NCBI GenBank assembly: GCA_947463125.1
Contig: CANHQZ010000005.1
Location: 2,575 to 66,574, forward strand
Reading direction: 5' to 3'
Origin: Flavobacteriales bacterium
GTDB lineage: Bacteria; Bacteroidota; Bacteroidia; NS11-12g; UBA955
Length of the DNA: 64,000 nt
The notes under the pieces were generated by a model. It did not search any database. It was given only the letters and a program-made list of their open reading frames with translations, and was not told the DNA's origin. The position numbers and the translations under genes were made by a program. Position 1 is the stretch's first letter, and every line of letters starts with the position of its first letter. Positions 36,115 to 45,236 of the stretch are shown piece after piece.

Positions 36115-37588
36115 ATGGCATGATGCGATACCAGCCGATGTTACCTACCTTTTTCTCGAGCTTAAGCTTGTAACCCGGCGCATAGGTAAGATTACTATCA
36201 TTGAGTAACTCCGGCCGGTCTGTTACAAAACCCACTGCGCCTTTATTGTGATACTGCTTAAGCATAATGGGCGTTTCTATGGCTGTATCCCAGGGAAAGC
36301 CTTTAGTTCCGGTGTAATAAAAATAAACGCAGCCGCTCACATCCGGGCCTACTATCCAGCGCTCAGATGTATCGTTGTTCTCCCTGAGAAGTGCTGCCTG
36401 TTTTGAATTTACAAATTCTTCAGGAACCCTGTAATTGCCGGATGTCCAGTTGTTGGGCACAATCCGAATCCATGCCCAAACGGGTGCAAGAGCTAATAGC
36501 ATTATCCATGGTGCAAAACGAGTATTTACAATTAACCCTGCTCCCCTGGCCACAATAAATGACAGCAGTGGCATAAATACGATGGCATAGTATCCATGGT
36601 GGATAAACTGATACTGCACAGGAAAATAAAACAGCAGACATCCGACACCGTAAGCCATTACAGGCAGATACTGTTTCCAAATAGTTTTACTCTTGTAAAT
36701 TCCCGCCAGTAAAAACGGCAGAAAAGCATACCCCACCCAGGTTTCCGGAATATCGGAAAACAGGTTTTTACTTAGGATATCCAGCGCCTCTCCCCAGCTG
36801 CGGGCGTGGCGCATGGCATGCACAAATTCATGCAAACCATAGGTTTTTACCAGATAGGCGGCATACAAATACCATGAAACCGAGAGACCTGCTACCAAAG
36901 CACCCATAAAAATGGCCTGCAGCCAGGCTTTCCGGTTTTTACCATGAATCAGCAGAAATGAGACAGCCAGCGGCAAACCCGCCATTAAAAACTGCAACTT
37001 TATCATTCCCGCCAGCGAAAGCAAAACCGTTGGTAAAAAAGCAGTCTTCCAGGATATCTCCTGCAACCAGCGCAAGGCAAAACACCAGCCCCACAACATA
37101 CAGCACAGCGCCATAATATCAGGAACGGCGTTGATGCCATGAAAATACATTTCAGGGGCAAAGGCTATAAAAACAGATCCTGCAGAGGCATGCACTAAAT
37201 TGCCTGTGTAATGCAGAATTACCTTGTGCATGGCCCACACAGAAAAAAGGGTAAAAAGCAGAGAAAGCCAGCGGTGGTAATACTCTGAAAACCCCATGCT
37301 GCGATACATACAGGCCAGTATATACTCATATGCCGGAAACTGCGGACCGGTTATACCCGATTTTTCAAATCGCTTATCAACCCGGGGCTCCAGCAGATTC
37401 ATACTTTCATCTGCATAGTTCTTAGCCACAGCCAGAGTATTGCACTGCCGCCACACATGATTCCCCACTGCGGGAAATTTCATGAAAGGCAAATGCGTAA
37501 GCACTACCAACAACAGCAGCAACGGAAGAAATTTCTTTCCCGGAAGGCTAAAAACCTTTTGGGTTATGGCCATCAGGCGATTTACCAT
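36113..37588 (-). CDS. ArnT/PMT-like (GT39/GT83-type) polytopic membrane glycosyltransferase
   Basis: 491 aa with more than 10 TM helices. The N-terminal loop motif VWRQCNTLAVAKNY...EPRVD resembles that of lipid-carrier-dependent glycosyltransferases. Confidence 0.55.
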   Translation of the reverse strand: MVNRLMAITQKVFSLPGKKFLPLLLLLVVLTHLPFMKFPAVGNHVWRQCNTLAVAKNYADESMNLLEPRVDKRFEKSGITGPQFPAYEYILACMYRSMGFSEYYHRWLSLLFTLFSVWAMHKVILHYTGNLVHASAGSVFIAFAPEMYFHGINAVPDIMALCCMLWGWCFALRWLQEISWKTAFLPTVLLSLAGMIKLQFLMAGLPLAVSFLLIHGKNRKAWLQAIFMGALVAGLSVSWYLYAAYLVKTYGLHEFVHAMRHARSWGEALDILSKNLFSDIPETWVGYAFLPFLLAGIYKSKTIWKQYLPVMAYGVGCLLFYFPVQYQFIHHGYYAIVFMPLLSFIVARGAGLIVNTRFAPWIMLLALAPVWAWIRIVPNNWTSGNYRVPEEFVNSKQAALLRENNDTSERWIVGPDVSGCVYFYYTGTKGFPWDTAIETPIMLKQYHNKGAVGFVTDRPELLNDSNLTYAPGYKLKLEKKVGNIGWYRIMP

Positions 37589-38016
37589 GTATGATCGATG
37601 ATGATTTTATGTTTGCCTGAAATCCTGCGTGTTATCAAACTAAAATGCCCTGCAGGAGTGTCTTTGGCCCGAATCAGTTTCCAACGTCCGTTAACATGCC
37701 CGATTTCTTCTGCCTTATCCAGCAATTCTATCGTATCAATGTCAAAATACAGTTGACCCATCGCGGCTTTATCCGGATAGTGGTTTTTATAAGCATTCAA
37801 CGTTGCCAGCCATCCATATCTTACCCCTTTGGCTCCGATAAACTGCATGCAGGAATCCTGATGATAACCCTCCATGAATTTTTCAATATTCCCATCATTC
37901 CAGGCTTTCTGCTGCGTCGCAAGCAATTCTCTTATAACATTTGCTGTTTGTTTGCTTTCATTGCCACTACAAGCCCAAAAACAAGCAACAAGAAACAAGG
38001 CTACCCACTTATTCAT
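37582..38016 (-). CDS. NTF2-like / DUF4440 (SnoaL-like fold) secreted protein
   Basis: 144 aa with a signal peptide and QQKAWNDGNIEKFMEGYHQD. Overlaps both neighbouring genes (7 nt and 4 nt). Confidence 0.5.
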   Translation of the reverse strand: MNKWVALFLVACFWACSGNESKQTANVIRELLATQQKAWNDGNIEKFMEGYHQDSCMQFIGAKGVRYGWLATLNAYKNHYPDKAAMGQLYFDIDTIELLDKAEEIGHVNGRWKLIRAKDTPAGHFSLITRRISGKHKIIIDHTW

Positions 38017-38639
38017 TTTGACTTCGAAGATAAGGTATAATGAATTCCGGCGCTAATACAGTTATGGTAGGCGCCGGTTGGAAAGAACAAACTGCCGGCA
38101 GAGGCTGTTGCGACTGAAACCAGGCCATACTGATACTCCAGTCGGTAACTCAGGGATTCGCCGGTTTTATAGTGCAATTTAAAACACATCAACACGCCCG
38201 TTTTTCGGCTGTCTTCCTCGACGTGCAAGTGAATCCCTTCCGTTTCCCTGGCCCTGAGGAGATAGGTTGTTCGTATGCCGACACCGGCCAACCAGCGGGA
38301 ATCGATAGTCTTATTCAGAAAAAGCGGCAAATCGATGGTTTGATAACGGTAGTGAAATGAAGGCTTTCCGGGCAAATCCGGATTGAAAGGATAGCGCGAT
38401 CCACGCTCACTAAACGCAATACCTGTTTCATACTGCCAACCCTTCCCAAGATTTTGTGCGATAACACTTCCCAGTGTATAACCAAATTTATTGAAACCGG
38501 ATGTACCGTCACCATCAATCTGACAAACATTAACAGCGGCATGCATGGCTGAAGAAAATGCGCCTTTGCTGTCCTGAGCCTTGCTTTGCAAACAAAAACC
38601 AATCAGACCAATCAAAAAACTTATTCTCAGTAACATCAT
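38013..38639 (-). CDS. Small outer-membrane beta-barrel protein (porin-family/PorT-like)
   Basis: 208 aa with a signal peptide, alternating amphipathic strands and a C-terminal aromatic-rich strand. Confidence 0.45.
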   Translation of the reverse strand: MMLLRISFLIGLIGFCLQSKAQDSKGAFSSAMHAAVNVCQIDGDGTSGFNKFGYTLGSVIAQNLGKGWQYETGIAFSERGSRYPFNPDLPGKPSFHYRYQTIDLPLFLNKTIDSRWLAGVGIRTTYLLRARETEGIHLHVEEDSRKTGVLMCFKLHYKTGESLSYRLEYQYGLVSVATASAGSLFFPTGAYHNCISAGIHYTLSSKSK

Positions 38640-38643
38640 TTAG

Positions 38644-39720
38644 TTGAAATTTGCTGCAAATTACACTTTGGGCGGGGAAAAAACAGATTATATCATCGTA
38701 GGCGGCGGGCTTGCCGGTATTTCACTGGCATTGGAACTGTTGGTGCGCGGTAAGAATATTGTTTTGCTGGACAATCCCGAACCATCTGCCAGCAGTCGCA
38801 TTGCAGCAGGCATTATCCACCCCATCGTTCCCAAAGGAGTGCGTCTTACCTGGATGGGAGAAACCATCTTCCCTCTTATTCCCGTTTGGTACCGTGAATG
38901 GGAAACAAGGCTAAGCGCCTCATTCTATCAAACCATGGAGGGATTTCAGATTCATCCCAACGCAGAAACCGCTGCCTTTTGGCAGCAGCGCGCTTCTTCG
39001 ACAGAAATGAACGTATGGATTGCGCCGTTCAGCAGGGAAAGCCTACCCGGGATTTCCGCACAGCAGGGCCACAATGCTATACATCATTGTGCAAGGCTGG
39101 ATACCAACACCTTTTTAAACGCGGCACTTCTTTGGCTGAAAGAAAAAATAATTATTGAGTGCTGCATGTTTGAACATGCTTCATTGAAAAAACAAGGTCA
39201 GCAGTGGCAGTATGGTAAATACCGTGCCGATGGTATTGTTTTCTGCGAAGGAATCGGTGTATTGGAAAATCCATGGTTCCACAAACTACATTTTCACCCC
39301 ACGGCCGGCGACATCCTTACCCTAAAATTTGACAAGGATTTACCGCAGGCACTTTACAAGAACAGAAGCTGGCTGGTGCCCGATGGCAAAGGAAACTGGC
39401 TCGCCGGCAGCACCTTTCATAAAGGTAGCCGTAATACAACACCCGTTTCGGAAGATGCTGAAAAACTAATGGAACAGATACGATCATGGACAAACATCCC
39501 TTTTTTCATGCTGCATCACCGGCGTGGTATAAGACCCACCGTTGAAGGACGAAGGCCCTATCTGGGTGAACATCCCAAAGATGCAGGATTATTTATTTAT
39601 AACGGACTGGGAAGTAAGGGAAGCAGCCTCATACCCTGGCTTTCGCCCATGATGGCTGACTTTCTGTGCAACGGCAAAACACTGAATTCAGAAGTGGATA
39701 TCAGCCGTTTTGACCTGTGA
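38644..39720 (+). CDS. FAD-dependent oxidoreductase (DAO family)
   Basis: N-terminal dinucleotide-binding motif DYIIVGGGLAGISLALEL. The true start may be the in-frame TTG a few codons upstream of that motif. Confidence 0.7.
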   Translation: MKFAANYTLGGEKTDYIIVGGGLAGISLALELLVRGKNIVLLDNPEPSASSRIAAGIIHPIVPKGVRLTWMGETIFPLIPVWYREWETRLSASFYQTMEGFQIHPNAETAAFWQQRASSTEMNVWIAPFSRESLPGISAQQGHNAIHHCARLDTNTFLNAALLWLKEKIIIECCMFEHASLKKQGQQWQYGKYRADGIVFCEGIGVLENPWFHKLHFHPTAGDILTLKFDKDLPQALYKNRSWLVPDGKGNWLAGSTFHKGSRNTTPVSEDAEKLMEQIRSWTNIPFFMLHHRRGIRPTVEGRRPYLGEHPKDAGLFIYNGLGSKGSSLIPWLSPMMADFLCNGKTLNSEVDISRFDL

Positions 39721-40666
39721 TTTCCTCAATAGCTTCATTGAACTCATCCGGAGAGGCTACAACCCTGATTCCCGGAGGCAGTTTAAGGTCTCTGCGGCGA
39801 ATAACCTGTTTACCGGTAAGCAGTACGGGGGTACCTGGAAAGGTGCGCTGAAGACTGTGAACATATACCTGAATCGGAACCGGCGAATTGCTGCCGGTAA
39901 TGGCGCAAAACACTGCATCCGGACGGTGAAGCTTGAAAACCTTGTTTAAGTCTTCCAGAGGCGTGGAAGTGCCCAGATAAATAACCTGCTGTCCTTTGGT
40001 TTTTAGGATGTAGGCCGCAAAAAGCAGGCTTAGGTCGTGGTTTTCCCCATTGGGAACAAAAAGCAAAAACTTTTTTGACAGCGGCGACGGATTGGGATTG
40101 ATTTGATCCAGGGATACATACATGCGCTGCCTGATAATATTGGTGATAAAGTGCTCGTGTGCTACGTGAATACTGCCACTCAGCCATAAAACCCCCACAT
40201 GGGCCATAAACGGAAATATAATCTGGGTTACCGTTTCTTCCATTCCCACTTTCAGAATGCTGATGCTCAGTATCTTATTGAATTCCTTTTCATCGAATGA
40301 CAACATCGCCGTGGTGAGTGCCTGTATCTGGTTTTCATATTTACTGCTGCCCTCACTGATAGACAGGGTCTGACGCTGAACCTCTTCCCTGCTCATTTTG
40401 GCAATCTTGCTGATTTTGAAACCATTGGCATTCAAAATACTCACATTCATCAGGTATTTAAGATCATCTTCTTCGTAATAGCGAATATTCGTATCCGTAC
40501 GTTTGGGTGTTAGCATATCGTAGCGCTGCTCCCAGATCCTTATGGTGTAAGCCTTGATACCGGTTATGTTCTCGATATCCTTAATAAAATATTTATCCCT
40601 GAAATCCTTTTTTGATTTGCGGGGATCGAACATATTTGGGTCGTTGTTTGTTTCTTTTGCACTCAT
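39701..40666 (-). CDS. MerR-family transcriptional regulator with a cobalamin-binding domain (CarH/LitR-type photoreceptor)
   Basis: MerR HTH (IKDIENITGIKAYTIRIWEQRY...RYYEEDDL), an exact Wx9EH motif (LWLSGSIHVAHEH), and an ExHxx(G/S) lower-ligand motif (GENHDLS) in a Rossmann-like C-terminal domain. Confidence 0.8.
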   Translation of the reverse strand: MSAKETNNDPNMFDPRKSKKDFRDKYFIKDIENITGIKAYTIRIWEQRYDMLTPKRTDTNIRYYEEDDLKYLMNVSILNANGFKISKIAKMSREEVQRQTLSISEGSSKYENQIQALTTAMLSFDEKEFNKILSISILKVGMEETVTQIIFPFMAHVGVLWLSGSIHVAHEHFITNIIRQRMYVSLDQINPNPSPLSKKFLLFVPNGENHDLSLLFAAYILKTKGQQVIYLGTSTPLEDLNKVFKLHRPDAVFCAITGSNSPVPIQVYVHSLQRTFPGTPVLLTGKQVIRRRDLKLPPGIRVVASPDEFNEAIEEITGQNG

Positions 40667-40672
40667 TGTTGT

Positions 40673-41581
40673 ATGAATATTTTAATTACCGGAGCTACCG
40701 GCATGCTCGGAAAGAGACTGGTACCCATGTTAAAGCAGGAAGGCATGGATGTAAGTATTTTAACCACTTCAGAGATTAAACAAAATGTTCAACAAAAAGT
40801 TTTTTTCTGGGACCTAAAAAAGCAAATCTTCCCAAAAAATCTTACACAAGATATCGATATCGTTATTCACCTTGCGGGAGCCAACGTAGGAGCAAAGCGC
40901 TGGAACAGCCGCTACAAAAGGGAAATCATGGAAAGCCGCACGGAAAGCTCGCGGTTTTTGTTGAGAAAATTAACTGAAGAGGGCAACTTACCCAAAATCT
41001 ATATCTCAGCATCGGGTACTGATTACTACCCCAATCCGTCTGAGAGCATATTCACCGAAAATGACAATCCGGGAGACCATTTTCTGGCAGAAGTATGCAA
41101 AGCATGGGAAGCCGTTGCCTTAGAATGGCAACAAGCCGGATGTTTAACCCAAATTATAAGAACTCCCGTCGTACTTTCAGCCGGTGAAGGATTTCTGGCA
41201 AAAATGCTGCAAACCGCTTTTTTACGGATTATTCCAACCACAGGACATCGCAACAACAAGCTAAGCTGGATTCACGCCGATGATTTATGCCGGATTTACC
41301 GTTTTTCAATGGACCAGAAAAAATCGGATGTTTGGAATGCGGTGGCACCGGAGGTGGTGAGCATGAAGCAACTTGTGCATACCATAGACGCAGCAAGACA
41401 GAAAAAAACTATCCATCCCAATGTGCCCTGTTTTATGCTAAAACTCATGCTGGGTGAAATGGGAACGCTGGCCTGCGGCAGCCAGCAGATCAGTTCAGAA
41501 AAACTTTTAGCCGCCGGTTTTCGTTACCAATATCCTACCCTGAATTCAGCACTCAATGACATCTTCCACTCCAAAGCATAA
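40673..41581 (+). CDS. TIGR01777/YfcH-type atypical SDR (NAD-dependent epimerase family with a DUF1731 tail)
   Basis: MNILITGATGMLGKRL Rossmann motif, about 300 aa. Confidence 0.8.
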   Translation: MNILITGATGMLGKRLVPMLKQEGMDVSILTTSEIKQNVQQKVFFWDLKKQIFPKNLTQDIDIVIHLAGANVGAKRWNSRYKREIMESRTESSRFLLRKLTEEGNLPKIYISASGTDYYPNPSESIFTENDNPGDHFLAEVCKAWEAVALEWQQAGCLTQIIRTPVVLSAGEGFLAKMLQTAFLRIIPTTGHRNNKLSWIHADDLCRIYRFSMDQKKSDVWNAVAPEVVSMKQLVHTIDAARQKKTIHPNVPCFMLKLMLGEMGTLACGSQQISSEKLLAAGFRYQYPTLNSALNDIFHSKA

Positions 41582-42881
41582 TATTTTCTGGTTCAGGCGA
41601 GACCTGAGACTGAATGATAACCACGGACTTTTCCAGGCCCTGCAAAGCGGATTGCCTGTGAAACCTATTTTCATTTTCGACAGAGAAATTCTGGACAAAC
41701 TCGACAACCCTCAAGACAGAAGGGTGTTGTTCATTCACCAAACATTGGCCGGTATCAAACAAAAACTGCAGTCGCATGGCAGCGATTTATGGGTTTATTA
41801 CGGCAATCCGGAGCGTATTTGGACCGAACTTGTAACAACCGGCAATGTAGAAAACATATACTCCAATAAAGACTATGAACCCTATGCCATTCAGCGTGAT
41901 GAAAGAATCAAAGGGCTTTGCACAACCCATGGTGTTGGCTTTCATCAGTTCAAGGATCAGGTAGTTTTTGAATGCGCTGAAGTGGTCAAAGATGACGGAC
42001 TGCCCTACACGGTTTACACACCTTACAGCAAACGATGGAAAGCTCAGTTCAAGCCGGAAATGCTGAACCCTTATTCATCTGAATCACTTTCGCAGCACTT
42101 TTTGCAGGAAAAATCAAACCCAATGCCTACACTTTTGGAAATGGGATTTGAAGAAACCCCATTCCATTTTCCGGAAAGCAAGCCTGATGAGGAAATTATT
42201 AAAGCCTATGCCGAGCAGCGTGATATTCCGTCAGTGCGAGGCACAACGCGCATGAGCGTGCACCTGCGGTTTGGTACCATCAGCATCAGAAAACTTGCAC
42301 AAACTGCGATGAAGTTATCGGAGAAGTACCTTAATGAGCTCATCTGGCGAGAGTTTTACATGCAGATACTTTGGCATTTTCCAAGGGTTGTAAAAGAGTC
42401 GTTTAAACCCAAATACGACCGCATTGAGTGGCGGAACAACACGGATAATTTTGATAAATGGTGTAAGGGCCAAACGGGCTATCCCATCGTGGATGCCGGT
42501 ATGCGTGAATTGCTGGCTACGGGATTCATGCACAACCGTGTGCGAATGATTGTGGCAAGTTTTCTTACCAAACATTTGCTCATAGACTGGCGTTGGGGTG
42601 AAGCGTGGTTTGCCCGTCACCTGCTGGACTTTGAACTGGCGAGCAACAATGGCGGCTGGCAGTGGGCCGCAGGATCCGGCGTAGACGCGGCTCCCTATTT
42701 CCGGGTTTTTAATCCGCACCTGCAAACCTTAAAGTTTGATCCCGAGTGTAAATATATCAAACAGTGGGTTCCCGAATGGAATTCACTGCAATACGCCAGA
42801 CCTTTGGTTGAGCATGAAGTGGCCCGAAAACGCTGCCTGGCTGTTTACCAGAAAGCCGTGGGACCGGAAAGCGCAGCATAA
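41556..42881 (+). CDS. phr: Deoxyribodipyrimidine photolyase / cryptochrome family flavoprotein
   Basis: Contains IFWFRRDLRLNDNHGL, WREFY, TGYPIVDAGMREL..GFMHNRVRMIVASFL and GGWQWAAG. Confidence 0.9.
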   Translation: MTSSTPKHNIFWFRRDLRLNDNHGLFQALQSGLPVKPIFIFDREILDKLDNPQDRRVLFIHQTLAGIKQKLQSHGSDLWVYYGNPERIWTELVTTGNVENIYSNKDYEPYAIQRDERIKGLCTTHGVGFHQFKDQVVFECAEVVKDDGLPYTVYTPYSKRWKAQFKPEMLNPYSSESLSQHFLQEKSNPMPTLLEMGFEETPFHFPESKPDEEIIKAYAEQRDIPSVRGTTRMSVHLRFGTISIRKLAQTAMKLSEKYLNELIWREFYMQILWHFPRVVKESFKPKYDRIEWRNNTDNFDKWCKGQTGYPIVDAGMRELLATGFMHNRVRMIVASFLTKHLLIDWRWGEAWFARHLLDFELASNNGGWQWAAGSGVDAAPYFRVFNPHLQTLKFDPECKYIKQWVPEWNSLQYARPLVEHEVARKRCLAVYQKAVGPESAA

Positions 42882-42897
42882 AACACCTGAAATACCG

Positions 42898-42905
42898 TAT
42901 CTTTG
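42898..42905 (+). promoter_or_regulatory. -7 promoter motif TAtcTTTG, 4 nt upstream of the prfB ATG (leaderless-type)
   Basis: Exact TAnnTTTG match in the sequence cgTATCTTTGcggcATG. Confidence 0.45.
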
Positions 42906-42909
42906 CGGC

Positions 42910-44026
42910 ATGAACACCGATCAGCATAAAGATATAAGGGGCCGTGTAGAGGCCTTGAGGAGGTATCTTTGACATCGATAGAAAGATAGCCGAAATCGCC
43001 GACGCAGAAGAACGCACCCTGGATCCCAATTTCTGGGATGACCCCAAAAAAGCCGAGGCACACCTTAAAAAATTAAAAGAGAAGAAAAGCTGGACAGACG
43101 CTTACGCTGCCTGCACTTCAGGCCTGGATGACCTGGACGTACTGGTGGAATTTGCAGAAGCCGGTGAAGCCACTTCCGAAGAAATAGACAAACAATACGC
43201 ACAGCTTTGTCAGACTGTGGAAGACCTGGAATTCCGCAACATGCTTCAAAGCGAGGAAGATCACCTGGGTTGTGTATTGGAAATCAATGCAGGTGCCGGT
43301 GGTACCGAAAGCTGTGACTGGGCTGAAATCCTGATGCGCATGTACCTGATGTGGGCTGAGAAAAATGGCTTTAAGGTTTCTGAATTGGAAAGAACCGACG
43401 GCGAAGTAGCCGGTATCAAGAGCGTGAGCCTTGAAATTGACGGTTCGTTTGCGTTTGGCTACCTCAAAGGCGAAAATGGCGTACACCGCATGGTGCGCAT
43501 CTCTCCTTTCGACAGCAACGCGCGCAGGCATACCTCTTTCGCCAGTGTATACGTTTATCCAATGGCCGATGACAGCATTGAAATCGATATTAAACCGGCC
43601 GATGTGGAATTGCAGACAAGCCGAAGCGGCGGAGCCGGCGGACAGAACGTAAACAAGGTAGAAACCAAGGTACAGCTCACCCACATTCCTACAGGCATCG
43701 TCGTTGTTTGCCAGGTAGAACGAAGCCAGCTGGCAAACCGTGAAAGGGCCATGCAAATGCTGAAAAGCCGGTTGTATGAGCTGGAAATACAGAAAAGGAA
43801 TGCGGCAAGGGCTGCCATCGAGGATTCAAAAATGAAAATTGAATGGGGTTCACAAATCCGAAACTATGTTTTTCATCCCTATAAACTAGTGAAAGATGTG
43901 CGAACTGGCGAAGAAACCAGTAACATTCAAAACGTAATGGATGGTGATTTATGGCCTTTTATTAAGAGTTATTTACTCATGGCATCCGGCGGTGAAGTAA
44001 AAAAAGGCGGCATAATTATAGATTAA
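42910..44026 (+). CDS. prfB: Peptide chain release factor 2, expressed via a programmed +1 frameshift at 42967-42973
   Basis: Frame 0 reads [20 protein letters not shown] and then TGA at 42970. The +1 frame continues [24 protein letters not shown]... and joins ORF 43145..44026, which carries the SPF (RISPFDS) and GGQ (GGAGGQNVN) motifs. Confidence 0.92.
42958..42973 (+). other. prfB recoding site: internal SD-like AGGAGG, a 3-nt spacer, then the slippery CTT TGA C
   Basis: The sequence reads AGGAGG TAT CTT TGA C, the same architecture as the classical RF2 autoregulatory frameshift site. Confidence 0.9.
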
Positions 44027-44036
44027 TTTTTATTTT

Positions 44037-44211
44037 ATTGTGATATTTGTCATTTATAGATGTTTTGGATTATGAAAATAACATACTATATTCGTATTCA
44101 AACGCTTCTCAAATCCTCTTACACCGTTGGTTTTCATACTGTTGAACAAACAAACCTGAACTAAACAATAAAGCATTGTGAAATACTATCCAAAATTGTA
44201 TTGTGATATTT
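44037..44211 (+). promoter_or_regulatory. AT-rich intergenic region with repeated ATTGTGA(T/A)AT boxes upstream of the XRE gene
   Basis: The 12-mer attgtgatattt occurs at 44037-44048 and 44200-44211, with a related attgtgaaata at 44175-44185. A near-consensus -7 box TTacTTTG overlaps the last repeat. Confidence 0.35.
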
Positions 44212-44236
44212 ACTTTGCACCGCAAAATAAAAAATA

Positions 44237-44455
44237 ATGAAAGCAAGCAACAAGCCTACTCTTTCTGAAAAAATCAGGTCAATTCGCGCCACGCGAGGAT
44301 TTAGTCAGGAGTACATTGCCAAAAAACTGCACATCACCCAGCAGTCCTATTCTTTGTGCGAAAAAATGCCAGAAAAAATGACGGTTGATCGCATGAAAAA
44401 AGTGTGTGCAATTCTGGATGTAAAGCTGTGTGATTTGCTTTACGATTATCAGTAA
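44237..44455 (+). CDS. XRE/Cro-C1 family helix-turn-helix transcriptional regulator
   Basis: 72 aa. IRSIRATRGFSQEYIAKKLHITQQSYSLCE is a typical HTH_3 pattern. Confidence 0.75.
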   Translation: MKASNKPTLSEKIRSIRATRGFSQEYIAKKLHITQQSYSLCEKMPEKMTVDRMKKVCAILDVKLCDLLYDYQ

Positions 44456-44468
44456 AAGCCGCATTTAT

Positions 44469-45236
44469 TTACACTAAAACTGTAAATAAATCCGAATCTC
44501 TTAGAAAAGGATATTCAATCCTAATTGATTGAAGTACTTCTCTTTGTACCGAATACTCAAAAACTGCTTCGCTGTCTCCGCAGGGATTTATTTGTGATCC
44601 TAATGGATCGCATAGTTGGGTTTGCCCATTATGTTGCTTTTGCTTGCCGTCCAAACCTACCCTATTTACACCCAACACGAAACACTGGTTCTCTATCGCT
44701 CTGGCCGCCAACAATGCATTCCATGCCTGAATTCTGGCTTCGGGCCAATTGGCGCAAAACAGCATTAAATCCGCTTCCTCTTTGTTTCTGCACCATACAG
44801 GAAAGCGCAGATCATAACAAATCAGTGGTTTTATCTTCCAACCCTGAAACTCAAAAACCGTAACATCCTTGCCCGGTGTGTAGTGTCTATCCTCACCCGC
44901 ATAGCTGAATAAATGTCGTTTATCATACTTACAGGTAATTTCACCCCGGTAGCATGCAATAAAGCGGTTATAATATTTCCCGTCATCCTCGATGGCAACG
45001 GTACCACAAACCATTTTATCCTCGCTGCTTTCCTTCATCCACGAAACAATCTCACCGTTCATGCTCTGGGCTGTTTTTTCCGTGTTCATGCTAAATCCGG
45101 TAGCAAACATTTCAGGTAAAACCACCAGTTCGTCTTTTTGGGCGTTTTTCAGCAATGCTGTCAGATTATCAAGATTGCCTTTCGGGTTTTCCCAGATGAT
45201 ATCAGATTGTACAGCCCGTATATTTAAAGTCTGCAT
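44469..45236 (-). CDS. Carbon-nitrogen hydrolase (nitrilase superfamily, omega-amidase YafV-like)
   Basis: Glu-Lys-Cys triad contexts: VVLPEMF, YDKRHLF and PLICYDLRFP. Confidence 0.85.
   Translation of the reverse strand: MQTLNIRAVQSDIIWENPKGNLDNLTALLKNAQKDELVVLPEMFATGFSMNTEKTAQSMNGEIVSWMKESSEDKMVCGTVAIEDDGKYYNRFIACYRGEITCKYDKRHLFSYAGEDRHYTPGKDVTVFEFQGWKIKPLICYDLRFPVWCRNKEEADLMLFCANWPEARIQAWNALLAARAIENQCFVLGVNRVGLDGKQKQHNGQTQLCDPLGSQINPCGDSEAVFEYSVQREVLQSIRIEYPFLRDSDLFTVLV

Noticed and set aside
42736-42972. 78-aa ORF listed as an independent reading frame
   Set aside because: Its 3' part is the frame-0 N-terminus of prfB (ATG at 42910), and it ends at the programmed frameshift TGA. The 5' part overlaps the 3' end of the photolyase gene in another frame. 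It is not a separate gene.
44072-44164. 30-aa ORF (MKITYYIRIQTLLKSSYTVGFHTVEQTNLN) in the AT-rich spacer upstream of the XRE gene
   Set aside because: It has no promoter box or conserved motif, and short ORFs are expected by chance in AT-rich DNA. I kept it only as a note under the XRE finding.
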